Positions 6,296-14,468 of a stretch of DNA of 16,452 nucleotides are shown in pieces. This DNA is from a bacterium (lineage in GTDB: Bacteria; Zhuqueibacterota; Zhuqueibacteria; Oceanimicrobiales; Oceanimicrobiaceae): contig JBHHXT010000102.1 of NCBI GenBank assembly GCA_046757165.1, positions 1 to 16,452 of the forward strand, read 5' to 3'. Numbering within the stretch: position 1 is the first letter of the stretch; each line of letters opens with the position of its first letter. A program made the translations under genes and the position numbers. The notes under the pieces were generated by a model. The model saw nothing but the letters and a program-made list of their open reading frames with translations, made no database searches and was not told the DNA's origin.

Positions 6296-7840
6296 ATGGA
6301 GACAATACATTTCATGACCGGACTTGATGTTGGACTTTTGCTCGTGTATGGCACCGTCCTGTTGATGCTGGTGGTTTTCGGTCTTCACAAGTATTTTTTG
6401 CTCTGTTTATACTGGAAATACAAGAACGTTTGTCCCTATCAGGCGGAGCACCAGGATGAGCTGCCCGCGGTAACGGTACAACTCCCGATTTTTAATGAGC
6501 GATACGTCGTCAAACGGCTTATCGACGCGGTCTGTTCACTGGACTATCCGAAGGATTTGCTCGAGATTCAGATTCTGGATGACTCGACCGACGAGACCAG
6601 CGACATCTGCCGGAATCTCGTTGAGGCGTATCAAGAGCAAGGCTTCAGCATTGAGCATATTCAACGCCCGAACCGGGTTGGGTTTAAAGCCGGCGCGCTC
6701 GACTATGGTCTGAAAATCTGCAAAGGTGAGTTTTTGGTGATTTTCGATGCGGATTTCGTGCCCCAGCCAGATTTTCTGCAGCAAACCATCCCCTATTTCC
6801 AGAATAAGGAAATCGGTCTGGTGCAGACGCGCTGGGGACATATCAACCGCGATTATTCATTGCTGACCAGAATTCAATCGATGTTTCTCGACGGCCATTT
6901 TATCATCGAACACGTGGCGCGCAACCGGTCTGGCCGTTTTTTTAATTTTAACGGCACAGCAGGCATCTGGCGTCGGGACGCGATCACCGACGCGGGTGGC
7001 TGGCAACACGACACGCTAACCGAGGACCTGGATCTCAGTTACCGGGCTCAGTTGGCAGGGTGGAAGTTCCTGTACCTGCCGGATGTTGTCGCGCCAGCCG
7101 AGTTGCCGGTTGAAATGAATGCCTATAAGTCGCAACAGCACCGCTGGGCAAAAGGATCGGTGCAAACGGCCAAGAAGCTGCTGCCCGCGATCATGAAAAG
7201 CAAGATCCCATTGTTTGTCAAGCTGGAAGCCAGCGTTCATCTGTTCAGCAATTTCACCTACCTGTTCATGACGATTCCAGCGATTCTGATGCCGATTGTT
7301 TTGCATATTCAGCTCGACCGGGGGTGGCAGTGGATGGTCTACATTTATCTATTCACGTTTTTTTCGGCCTCATTGTCCGTGATCTTGTATTACCTGGTTT
7401 CGCAGCGGGAGAGCAGCAAGGGATGGAAAGAACAGATTCCGTACATGCCACTGTTGATGTCCCTCGGAATCGGGTTGTCGATCAACAACGCCAAGGCGGT
7501 GTTAGAGGGAATCTTCAACCACACCAGCGAGTTCAAGCGAACGCCGAAGTACAAGATCGAGAGATCAGAAGACACCTGGCGTAAGAAACACTATCACGCT
7601 GAATTCAATTTGCAGCCGGTCATTGAAATTCTGCTCGGCGGCTATTTCATCGCCGCATTTGTGAGCTTGCTTGGTAAGGGATTGTACGTTTCAATTCCGT
7701 TCTTCTTTCTGTTTCAATTCGGATTTATCTACATTGGCTTGACATCGTTGCTGCAGTCTAAACCGTTCACCCTTTCGCTGCGTCATCTCAGACTATTCTT
7801 TCAGAATGCGATCCTGGTGTTTACGAAATGGCTGTTCTAA
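6296..7840 (+). CDS. Membrane GT2 glycosyltransferase, cellulose-synthase-like (CslA/CslC-type)
   Basis: VTVQLPIFNE, QILDDSTD, GFKAGAL, IFDADF, VQTRW, FNGTAGIWR, TLTEDLDL and QQHRW (D,D,D,QxxRW). One N-terminal and several C-terminal TM segments. Alternative start at ATG 6314. Confidence 0.92.
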   Translation: METIHFMTGLDVGLLLVYGTVLLMLVVFGLHKYFLLCLYWKYKNVCPYQAEHQDELPAVTVQLPIFNERYVVKRLIDAVCSLDYPKDLLEIQILDDSTDETSDICRNLVEAYQEQGFSIEHIQRPNRVGFKAGALDYGLKICKGEFLVIFDADFVPQPDFLQQTIPYFQNKEIGLVQTRWGHINRDYSLLTRIQSMFLDGHFIIEHVARNRSGRFFNFNGTAGIWRRDAITDAGGWQHDTLTEDLDLSYRAQLAGWKFLYLPDVVAPAELPVEMNAYKSQQHRWAKGSVQTAKKLLPAIMKSKIPLFVKLEASVHLFSNFTYLFMTIPAILMPIVLHIQLDRGWQWMVYIYLFTFFSASLSVILYYLVSQRESSKGWKEQIPYMPLLMSLGIGLSINNAKAVLEGIFNHTSEFKRTPKYKIERSEDTWRKKHYHAEFNLQPVIEILLGGYFIAAFVSLLGKGLYVSIPFFFLFQFGFIYIGLTSLLQSKPFTLSLRHLRLFFQNAILVFTKWLF

Positions 7841-7886
7841 GCCCCGGCAACGAACAAAAACCGCTTGCTATTTTCTGGAGATTTCT

Positions 7887-7944
7887 TAATTTAGGGTGCA
7901 GGTTTGATTTTGTTTGCCTAAAATCGAACCTGCACCCTAAGTTA
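7887..7944 (+). repeat. Long inverted repeat (25-bp stem, 8-nt loop) between the GT2 gene and trxA
   Basis: TAATTTAGGGTGCAGGTTTGATTTT (7887-7911) pairs with AAAATCGAACCTGCACCCTAAGTTA (7920-7944): 23 Watson-Crick pairs plus 2 G-U. Confidence 0.9.
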
Positions 7945-7992
7945 TTCAGGTAACTTTGTAACGAATCTTGTGCATCAACAAGGAGATGTTCG

Positions 7993-8316
7993 ATGGCTAC
8001 ACCGCAGACCTTCACCGATGATAATTTTCAGTCCGAGGTCCTTTCTTCCGATGTTCCGGTTTTGGTAGACTTCTGGGCCGAGTGGTGCGGACCGTGCAAG
8101 ATGATTGCGCCATCTATCGCCGAACTTGCGACTGAATTCGAGGGCAGAGCCAAGATAGGCAAGTTGGATGTAGATAGCAATCAGACGGTCGCCAGTCAGT
8201 ACGGTATCCGCAGCATCCCGTCGCTTTTGATTTTCAAAAATGGCGAAGTGGTTGAGCAAATCGTTGGTGCCGTGCCGAAAAACGCAATTCAGTCTAAACT
8301 GGAAGCGACACTTTAA
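7993..8316 (+). CDS. trxA: Thioredoxin
   Basis: [18 protein letters not shown] and YGIRSIPSL. 107 aa. RBS AAGGAG at 7980-7985. Confidence 0.97.
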   Translation: MATPQTFTDDNFQSEVLSSDVPVLVDFWAEWCGPCKMIAPSIAELATEFEGRAKIGKLDVDSNQTVASQYGIRSIPSLLIFKNGEVVEQIVGAVPKNAIQSKLEATL

Positions 8317-8335
8317 TCCCATCGCAATGAATTGG

Positions 8336-8373
8336 AAGGGCACTTGAAAGCGAGTTCAAGTGCCCTTTTTTAT
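8336..8373 (+). terminator. Rho-independent terminator after trxA
   Basis: AAGGGCACTTGAA-agcgag-TTCAAGTGCCCTT, a 13-bp stem running into a T-tract. Confidence 0.85.
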
Positions 8374-8390
8374 GTGCACGGTCATCCAGC

Positions 8391-9599
8391 ATGAGTTTTG
8401 ACGTTCTTGTTGCCGGCGCCGGACCCGCCGGACTTTCTGCCGCTTTCGCCGCCGCCAAAGGCGGTGCCCGGGTCGCTGTTTTCGAGCGCAGCAAAGAAAT
8501 CGGCTATCCCATCCATACCAGCGGTGGAAGCTGGATTGACGAGCTGCGCAAACTGGACATCCCGCAGCGATTTATGTCTCCCGTGCGGCAGGGGGTTTTC
8601 GTCTCACCTCATGAACGTGCCACCTTCACCTATGACGAGCCTCTGAGCTGCGTCCTCGATGTTCGTGGCCTGTACCAGTATTTGGCGGAGCTCGCCTCGC
8701 AGGCGGGCGCGGTGATTTTTGTTGACAGTCCGGTGACTCAGCCTTTTATGAACGGGGGCGAGCTTGCGGGTTTGCGGGTGCATCAGTTCGGACACCAGGT
8801 CACGTTTGAAGCACGTCTGGTGATTGACGCGAGCGGTGCCGCTGGTTTTGTTGCGCGCAGATTGGGGCTGACCAGCGGCGTTCGAAGAGTCGGGGTCGGG
8901 GCCGAGTATGACCTCTATGCACCGGACTGGCCGGCGGGGAAGGTGGCGCTGCTTTTCGGGAGCCATATCGCGCCCAAAGGCTACGGCTGGGTTTTTCCGC
9001 ACACCAACCGCCGTGTCCGGGTCGGGATTGGCCTCATTCGCCCGGACACGAAAAAGAGTCCTCGACATTATCTCGAGACCCTGCTAGCAAAGCGCACGCT
9101 ATTCAGCGATGAATTGGCTCGCATCAGTCGGCTGGAGCTCCACACCGGTATCATTCCGAGCGAGGGCTGCGTGCAGCCGACTGTCGCCAACCATTTCATG
9201 ATCACCGGTGATGCCGGCGGGTTGGTTTCGACGCTGCTGGGGGAGGGCATTCGTTTCGCGATTTCGATTGGACGGATGGCCGGGGAGGTGGCAGCTGAGG
9301 CTGTGAGGGAGGAACGCTATGATGTGCAATTCTTGAGGAAATATGAGAGAAGCTGGAAGAAAAGATATGGCAGGATGTTTCAAATAGGCGCCCTGCTCAA
9401 CGACCGTCTGGCCAGTTACTCAGACGACCAGTGGGACGAAAAGATTCGCGCCCTCGCCCGGATGGAACCGGTGCTCGTTGCCCGAATCCTGAAAGGCGAC
9501 TTCACCTATAAGCTGCTTCTGGACCTCATCAAGACGCGAACCCATCTCGTGAGTCGTACGTTCTCATCCGGCCTGAAATCTCTCTTGAAAAATGCTTGA
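8391..9599 (+). CDS. Geranylgeranyl-reductase-family FAD-dependent oxidoreductase
   Basis: DVLVAGAGPAG (Rossmann), VIDASG, PKGYGWVFP (PxxYxWxFP) and GDAGG..GEGI. 402 aa. Confidence 0.85.
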   Translation: MSFDVLVAGAGPAGLSAAFAAAKGGARVAVFERSKEIGYPIHTSGGSWIDELRKLDIPQRFMSPVRQGVFVSPHERATFTYDEPLSCVLDVRGLYQYLAELASQAGAVIFVDSPVTQPFMNGGELAGLRVHQFGHQVTFEARLVIDASGAAGFVARRLGLTSGVRRVGVGAEYDLYAPDWPAGKVALLFGSHIAPKGYGWVFPHTNRRVRVGIGLIRPDTKKSPRHYLETLLAKRTLFSDELARISRLELHTGIIPSEGCVQPTVANHFMITGDAGGLVSTLLGEGIRFAISIGRMAGEVAAEAVREERYDVQFLRKYERSWKKRYGRMFQIGALLNDRLASYSDDQWDEKIRALARMEPVLVARILKGDFTYKLLLDLIKTRTHLVSRTFSSGLKSLLKNA

Positions 9600-9624
9600 T
9601 TTTGTCGAATAGAATTCATAATTT
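9596..9624 (+). promoter_or_regulatory. Putative sigma70 promoter upstream of the manC leader
   Basis: TTGATT (9596-9601), 17-nt spacer, TAATTT (9619-9624). Same style as the other promoters in the window. Confidence 0.5.
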
Positions 9625-9746
9625 TTTTTGCTGGCTACCTGCTTGCCACGTCAATGAGTTTAGTGATAAAATGAACACGTTTGAACGGAACTGAATCGAA
9701 GATTGTATCATCGCGTTGTAATACATAACATAAGCAATCAGAAATG

Positions 9747-9801
9747 AATGCCATTGCTTGATTTGATGCGAAAAGTGAATCAAGACAATGGCATTTTTTT
9801 T
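9747..9801 (+). terminator. Terminator-like hairpin 30 nt upstream of manC
   Basis: AATGCCATTGCTTGATTT (9747-9764) pairs with GAATCAAG-A-CAATGGCATT (9777-9795): 17 WC pairs, 1 GU, one bulge. An 8-T run spans 9794-9801. Confidence 0.6.
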
Positions 9802-9831
9802 CGATGCCATCTCACACGCAGGAGTGACTAG

Positions 9832-10902
9832 ATGTTTGCTCTCATTATGGCAGGGGGATTGGGCACGAGGTTTTGGCCCAAAAGCCGCAAAGGGCATCCC
9901 AAACAGGTCCTGGAGATTATCGGTGAGAAATCGTTGCTCCAGAACACCGTTGAGCGATCGGAGAAGATAATTCCAACAGACAAAATTTTCGTCGTCTCTA
10001 CTCGAGAACAAGTGGCCCAAATAAAGAAGCATATTGGCGCCGTGCCGGATGCCAATATCATCACTGAACCCAAGAGAAAAAACACGGCACCCTGCATCGG
10101 GCTGGCGGCTTTGTTCATGGAACGCCTGGACCCGGAGGCGGTCATGGTCGTTTGCCCTGCGGACCACTTGATTTCCAACTATGAGGTGTTCAACGAAACG
10201 TTGAGAGTCGGCGAGAAGGTCGCCTCCGAAACGAATGGGCTTGTGCTCATCGGCATAGAGCCACACTATCCGGCAACAGGCTACGGCTACATCCAGTTCA
10301 GGCAAAACCTGCAGCACATCGGGGATATCAGCCTGTTAAAAGTCAAAGCGTTTGCGGAAAAACCGAACCGGGAAACCGCTGAACGGTTCCTGCGCAGCGG
10401 CGATTTTCTCTGGAACAGCGGCATCTTTATCTGGAAAATCCAAACCATCCTGCGCGAGATCGAAGAACATGTGCCCCAGCTTTATGACGGCTTGATGGAG
10501 ATTCGCGCGGCCATCGGGACGCCCCGGCAGGAGGAAACGATCAACCGGGTGTATTGTCAAATTCGCAGCATTTCCATCGACTATGGTGTTATGGAGAAAG
10601 CCAAAGAGGTCATGGTGTTGAAGGGCAATTTTGGCTGGAATGATCTGGGCAGTTGGGACGAGGTGTATAAACTCAGGGAAAAGGATAAAAACGAGAATGC
10701 GCTGATCGGTGAGCACATCATCAAGGATTCCACGGGTTGTTATATCGATGCGCCCGAGAAGTGCATTGCTGTGATTGGCATGGAGAATCTGGTCGTGGTT
10801 GATACCAGGGATGCGCTGCTCATCTGTCCACGCGACCGCGTGCAGGAGGTCAAGGATATTGTTGAAATTGCCAAACGTAAGAAGATGGAGCGCTTTTCAT
10901 AA
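9832..10902 (+). CDS. manC: Mannose-1-phosphate guanylyltransferase (monofunctional, no cupin isomerase domain)
   Basis: LIMAGGLGTRFWPKSR..PKQ, EPKRKNTAPCI, PADHLI, TGYGYI, FAEKP, WNSGIF, SIDYGVMEK and WNDLGSW. RBS GGAG at 9821-9824. Confidence 0.93.
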   Translation: MFALIMAGGLGTRFWPKSRKGHPKQVLEIIGEKSLLQNTVERSEKIIPTDKIFVVSTREQVAQIKKHIGAVPDANIITEPKRKNTAPCIGLAALFMERLDPEAVMVVCPADHLISNYEVFNETLRVGEKVASETNGLVLIGIEPHYPATGYGYIQFRQNLQHIGDISLLKVKAFAEKPNRETAERFLRSGDFLWNSGIFIWKIQTILREIEEHVPQLYDGLMEIRAAIGTPRQEETINRVYCQIRSISIDYGVMEKAKEVMVLKGNFGWNDLGSWDEVYKLREKDKNENALIGEHIIKDSTGCYIDAPEKCIAVIGMENLVVVDTRDALLICPRDRVQEVKDIVEIAKRKKMERFS

Positions 10903-10911
10903 TCGTGTAAG

Positions 10912-11172
10912 ATGACTATCGACGATGTTCTTGATAAGCTCGAAGAGCTGCTGGATGGTTTGTCCATCGAAATCCGCTATGAGAAAGGGGACTTTCATGG
11001 GGGCTTGTATCGATACCGGGACAAGCAGCAAATGGTGATCAACAAAGACCTTGCTATTGAGCAAAAGATCAGGATAATCGCAGATGAGATAAGAACAAAT
11101 GTCGAATTTGACAACCTGTATTTGGTCCCTGCTCTGAGAGAGGTAATCGAGAATGCAAGTCGTGTGGAGTAA
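10912..11172 (+). CDS. Small conserved hypothetical protein
   Basis: 86-aa ORF tightly between manC and the PTS IIA gene. The pattern IEIRYEKGDFHGG..MVINKDL..KIRIIADEI..LYLVPALREVIE resembles a small FCB-group family. Confidence 0.75.
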   Translation: MTIDDVLDKLEELLDGLSIEIRYEKGDFHGGLYRYRDKQQMVINKDLAIEQKIRIIADEIRTNVEFDNLYLVPALREVIENASRVE

Positions 11173-11209
11173 TCAAAATGGCATGAACAGCTCTAAAGAA
11201 GGGAAGACG

Positions 11210-11674
11210 ATGGAAAGAAAAGACTTAACCAAATACTTTAGTGAAAGCCTGTTTATCGCAAGCCTGCAGGCAACCACCAAAGAGGAATCCCTGGAAGAGC
11301 TGGCCGGACTCTTTGTTGACAACAAGAGCATTCGCAATAAGGAAATCGTTATCGAAATGCTCCAAAAACGAGAGACGCTTGGCAGCACCGGTATCGGCAA
11401 GGGCGTTGCGATTCCACACGGCCGAACCACGGCGGCTATCGATGTCAAGATTGCGTTTGGCCGGTCGGAGAAGGGCATCGAATTCGCTGCCATCGATGAA
11501 AAGCCAGTTTATTTGATTTTTCTCGTTTTGGCGCCGCCCCAGGAAGAAAACAACCGGTATTTGCCGGTTTTGGGAAAGCTCGTGGAAGTCTTGCATGATA
11601 ACGCGAATCGGGAAAAGCTGCTCAAAGTTGAAAACTACACGGATCTCATCCAGACGATCGAGGGGGTAGGGTAA
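11210..11674 (+). CDS. PTS EIIA type-2 domain protein (PtsN/fructose-mannitol IIA-like), stand-alone
   Basis: RETLGSTGIGKGVAIPHGR (phospho-His motif) and GIEFAAIDEKPVYLIF. ATG 11210 follows AAGGGAAG; alternative ATG at 11183. Confidence 0.9.
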   Translation: MERKDLTKYFSESLFIASLQATTKEESLEELAGLFVDNKSIRNKEIVIEMLQKRETLGSTGIGKGVAIPHGRTTAAIDVKIAFGRSEKGIEFAAIDEKPVYLIFLVLAPPQEENNRYLPVLGKLVEVLHDNANREKLLKVENYTDLIQTIEGVG

Positions 11675-12009
11675 TGTTAAACAAACAGTTGGAGCTACTG
11701 GTGGCGTTGCAAGATCTGGATATCATGATCAAGGACGTCGAGGAGGTCAAGCAACTTGGCTTCGAGGTCGAGGGACGGGAAAAGCTGGAGGAGGCCCGCC
11801 ACGAGCTCGTCGGAAAGATCAGCAAACCCCTGGTGTTCAATTATGAGAAACTGAAAAAGAGATACAAACGCGCAATCGTACCCGTGAAACAGGATGTTTG
11901 CCTGGGCTGCTTCATGCGCGTGCCCACGCAGTTGATCACCCGTGGGCGCAGCGATCAGGACGTGATAAACTGTGAGGGGTGCGGTCGAATTCTTTACTGG
12001 TACGAGTAA
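11674..12009 (+). CDS. C4 zinc-ribbon protein (DUF164/zf-RING_7, CT398/CdsZ-like), short form
   Basis: N-terminal LELLVALQDLD helix, then YEKLKKRY..AIVPV..CLGCFMRVP...CEGCGRILYW. The start overlaps the PTS IIA stop (TAATG). Confidence 0.85.
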   Translation: MLNKQLELLVALQDLDIMIKDVEEVKQLGFEVEGREKLEEARHELVGKISKPLVFNYEKLKKRYKRAIVPVKQDVCLGCFMRVPTQLITRGRSDQDVINCEGCGRILYWYE

Positions 12010-12031
12010 CCAACCTAACCTGAGTCATTCA

Positions 12032-12070
12032 TTCACCGCAAAGGCGCGAAGCACGCGAAGTTTTCGCAGA
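12032..12070. repeat. Short intergenic repeat element (copy 2, inverted relative to 52-106)
   Basis: Reverse complement tctgcgaaaa-cttcgcgtg-cttcgcgc-ctttgcggtgaa aligns with 69-105 tctgcgatcc-ctttgcgc-cttcgcgt-ctttgcgtgaa. Lies between convergent genes. Confidence 0.65.
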
Positions 12071-12078
12071 TTCATGAA

Positions 12079-13209
12079 TTATTCAGGCGACAAGGGCGTT
12101 TCGTAAATCGCGTACTTCTTGTAGATTGTGGCCCCAAGTCCCTGCAGGGCACGATTCATCAAGGTGTTGTCCTCCAGGATCCAGGAAAACTCCCCGAGTG
12201 AATACCCCTTCTCTGTTCCCCGTCGATAGGTTTCATAATAAAACGCCGGTGCCAGGCCGCGCTTGCGTTGAAACTTCTGTCGCACGCCCAGTGTGATGAC
12301 GCGCACCCGCTTTATCTTTTTCTTGTTCAACAGCAGTTTGAAAATGCCGAATGGCAACAAGCGACCGTTCAGGTCCTTGATGATCTCATTGAAATCCGGC
12401 ACAGCCAGGGAAAAGCCGGCCGGTTCACCATCGACCTCCGCGATGTACACAATGTCCGGGTCGACCGCGGGTTTGAGATCTTCGGCCAGATGTTTGAATT
12501 CGTCATCGGTCATGGGCACGAACCCCCAGTTGTGTTGCCACGCGTCGTTGTAAATCTCTTTGACAATTTCTACTTCTTGCTCGAATTGCTTCATGTTGAT
12601 GGTGCGAAATGTGAGCGTCTTGTCTTGCAGGGTTTTCTGTGCGAATTTGACAAACCGCTCCGGAATCGGCATACTGCTATCGAAGCAATAGGCATAGAGC
12701 TCTTTGCATTTCTTCAGGCCTGCCTCTTCTGCCAGGCTGAGATAGTACCGGGGATTGTAGGTCATCATGATCACGGGGCTCGAGTCGAAACCATCGTAGA
12801 GCAGCCCCCAGGTGTCGTTGCTGGAAAAATTTGCCGGTCCCCGCATCAGGGTCATCTCCTTGCCGCGAAGCCATGCCTTAGCAGTTTCGAGCAGCTTGCT
12901 TGCGACCTCCGCATCATGGACGCTTTCGAAAAAGCCGAAAAAGCCAGTGGTTTCATCGTGGAAGCGATTGTGGTTGTTGTTGAGAATGGCCGCAATTCTG
13001 CCCACCAGCTCTCCATTCTTGCGGGCGAGAAAGAGTTCTGCCTCGGAGTGAAGAAAAAAGGGATTTTTGTTCTTGTTGAGGATTCTTTTCATGTCGATGA
13101 GCAGCGGGGGCACCCAGTGCTCATCATCGCGATAGATTTTCCACGGCAGCTTGATAAAATCGTTGAGGTCTTTTCTCGAGTGCACCTGCACGATGTCGAT
13201 GGTGTTCAT
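12079..13209 (-). CDS. GNAT-fold acyltransferase of the YghO / bacterial ceramide synthase (bCerS)-like family
   Basis: 376 aa with FIKLPWKIY..WVPPL, NPFF, VGRIAA, GFFGFFE, MRGPANFS, MMTYNPRYY, YNDAWQHNWGFVPMT, PDFN, LGVRQKFQ and SWILEDN..MN. Starts 31 nt after the spt stop, with RBS GAAGGGGAG. Confidence 0.78.
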   Translation of the reverse strand: MNTIDIVQVHSRKDLNDFIKLPWKIYRDDEHWVPPLLIDMKRILNKNKNPFFLHSEAELFLARKNGELVGRIAAILNNNHNRFHDETTGFFGFFESVHDAEVASKLLETAKAWLRGKEMTLMRGPANFSSNDTWGLLYDGFDSSPVIMMTYNPRYYLSLAEEAGLKKCKELYAYCFDSSMPIPERFVKFAQKTLQDKTLTFRTINMKQFEQEVEIVKEIYNDAWQHNWGFVPMTDDEFKHLAEDLKPAVDPDIVYIAEVDGEPAGFSLAVPDFNEIIKDLNGRLLPFGIFKLLLNKKKIKRVRVITLGVRQKFQRKRGLAPAFYYETYRRGTEKGYSLGEFSWILEDNTLMNRALQGLGATIYKKYAIYETPLSPE

Positions 13210-13240
13210 CGCTCCCCTTCCTCTGAAATAGCGTTCGCCG

Positions 13241-14422
13241 CTAAATTAACCCAAACTCCTTGCCCAAGCGCTCGAAAACATCCAGGACGATGTTGAGCTC
13301 TTCATCGGTATGCGTCGCCATGTAGCTGGTTCGGATGAGCGACTTGCCGGGCGGGACGGCTGGCGGAATCGCCGGGTTGGCAAAAACGCCGTTTTCAAAC
13401 AGCTTTTTCCAGAAGACGAACGTGTCGGCGTCCTCGCCGATCACGATGGGGATAACCGGGCTTTCGCTGCCGCAGGTGTCGAAACCAAGCTGGTCAAATG
13501 CGCGCTTCATCTTGTTGACGTTGTGCCAAAGTTTTTCACGACGCTCGGGTTCTTTTTTGATAATGTCGAGCGCAGTCAAAACCGAGGCGGCATTGGCCGG
13601 CGGAATGCTGGCAGAAAAAATCAGCGCCCGCGCATGGTGCTTAACATAATGAATGACACTTTCGGTAGAAGCGATGAACCCGCCCAGAGAGGCGAACGAC
13701 TTGCTAAAGGTCCCCATGGTGATGTCGACCTCCTGCTCCAGGCCGAAGTGCTCGGCGGTGCCGCGACCATTCTTTCCGAACACGCCTATGGAGTGGGCGT
13801 CATCGACCATGACACGCGCACCATATTTCTTTGCCACTTTGACGATGTCTGGCAAGTCGATGAGATTGCCCTCCATGCTGAAAACGCCGTCCACGACGAT
13901 GAGCTTGCCGGCGTTTGGATTGCTGGCGGCCAACAGCCGTTCCAGATCTCGCATGTTGTTGTGCTTAAACTTGACCACCCTGCCAAATGAGAGGCGGTTG
14001 CCATCCACGATGCTCGCGTGGTTCTTCCTGTCTGCGAAGATAACATCATCTTTGCCGACGATCGTGGCCAGGGTGCCCAGATTGGTCTGGAAGCCGGTAG
14101 AGAAGACCAGCGCCGCTTCGGCTGCCATGAATTCAGCCAGTCTCTGCTCCAGCTGCTCGTGTAGAGAAAGGGTGCCATTTAGAAAACGCGAGCCGGTGCA
14201 ACCGGACCCAAATTTTTCGATCGCATCTTGTGCTGATTTCTTGATGCGCGCATCCTGCGTGAGCCCCAGGTAGTTGTTTGAGCCGATCATAATGAGCTTG
14301 TGACCGTCGATGACGACTTCCGAGTCCGCCCCTGATTCAATTGCCTTGAAGTATGGATACCAACCTTGTGCCTGTAATTCTCTTGCACGCGTAAAGTTCT
14401 TGCACTTATCGAATAGATCCAA
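13241..14422 (-). CDS. spt: Serine palmitoyltransferase (PLP-dependent alpha-oxoamine synthase family)
   Basis: TTG start at 14422 with AAAGGAG 8 nt upstream. YPYF, GSNNYLGLT, GSRFLNGT, STGFQTNLG, HASIVDG, DGVFSMEG, DDAH, PLP-lysine GTFSKS, IFSAS and IRTSYMATH. The pattern follows Bacteroidota-type Spt more than BioF or Kbl. Confidence 0.8.
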   Translation of the reverse strand: MDLFDKCKNFTRARELQAQGWYPYFKAIESGADSEVVIDGHKLIMIGSNNYLGLTQDARIKKSAQDAIEKFGSGCTGSRFLNGTLSLHEQLEQRLAEFMAAEAALVFSTGFQTNLGTLATIVGKDDVIFADRKNHASIVDGNRLSFGRVVKFKHNNMRDLERLLAASNPNAGKLIVVDGVFSMEGNLIDLPDIVKVAKKYGARVMVDDAHSIGVFGKNGRGTAEHFGLEQEVDITMGTFSKSFASLGGFIASTESVIHYVKHHARALIFSASIPPANAASVLTALDIIKKEPERREKLWHNVNKMKRAFDQLGFDTCGSESPVIPIVIGEDADTFVFWKKLFENGVFANPAIPPAVPPGKSLIRTSYMATHTDEELNIVLDVFERLGKEFGLI

Positions 14423-14468
14423 GTTGTGGTCTCCTTTAGTGATTGAGTTCGCATGGTTGGAAGGCCTA

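Noticed and set aside
12268..13296. 342-aa plus-strand ORF
   Set aside because: It is antisense to the bCerS-like gene, with no motifs and the composition typical of a shadow ORF.
13241..14422. Annotation as BioF or Kbl
   Set aside because: Not formally excluded, but the YPYF, GSRFLNGT and GTFSKS pattern, the bCerS-like neighbour and the absence of bio/tdh genes favour Spt.
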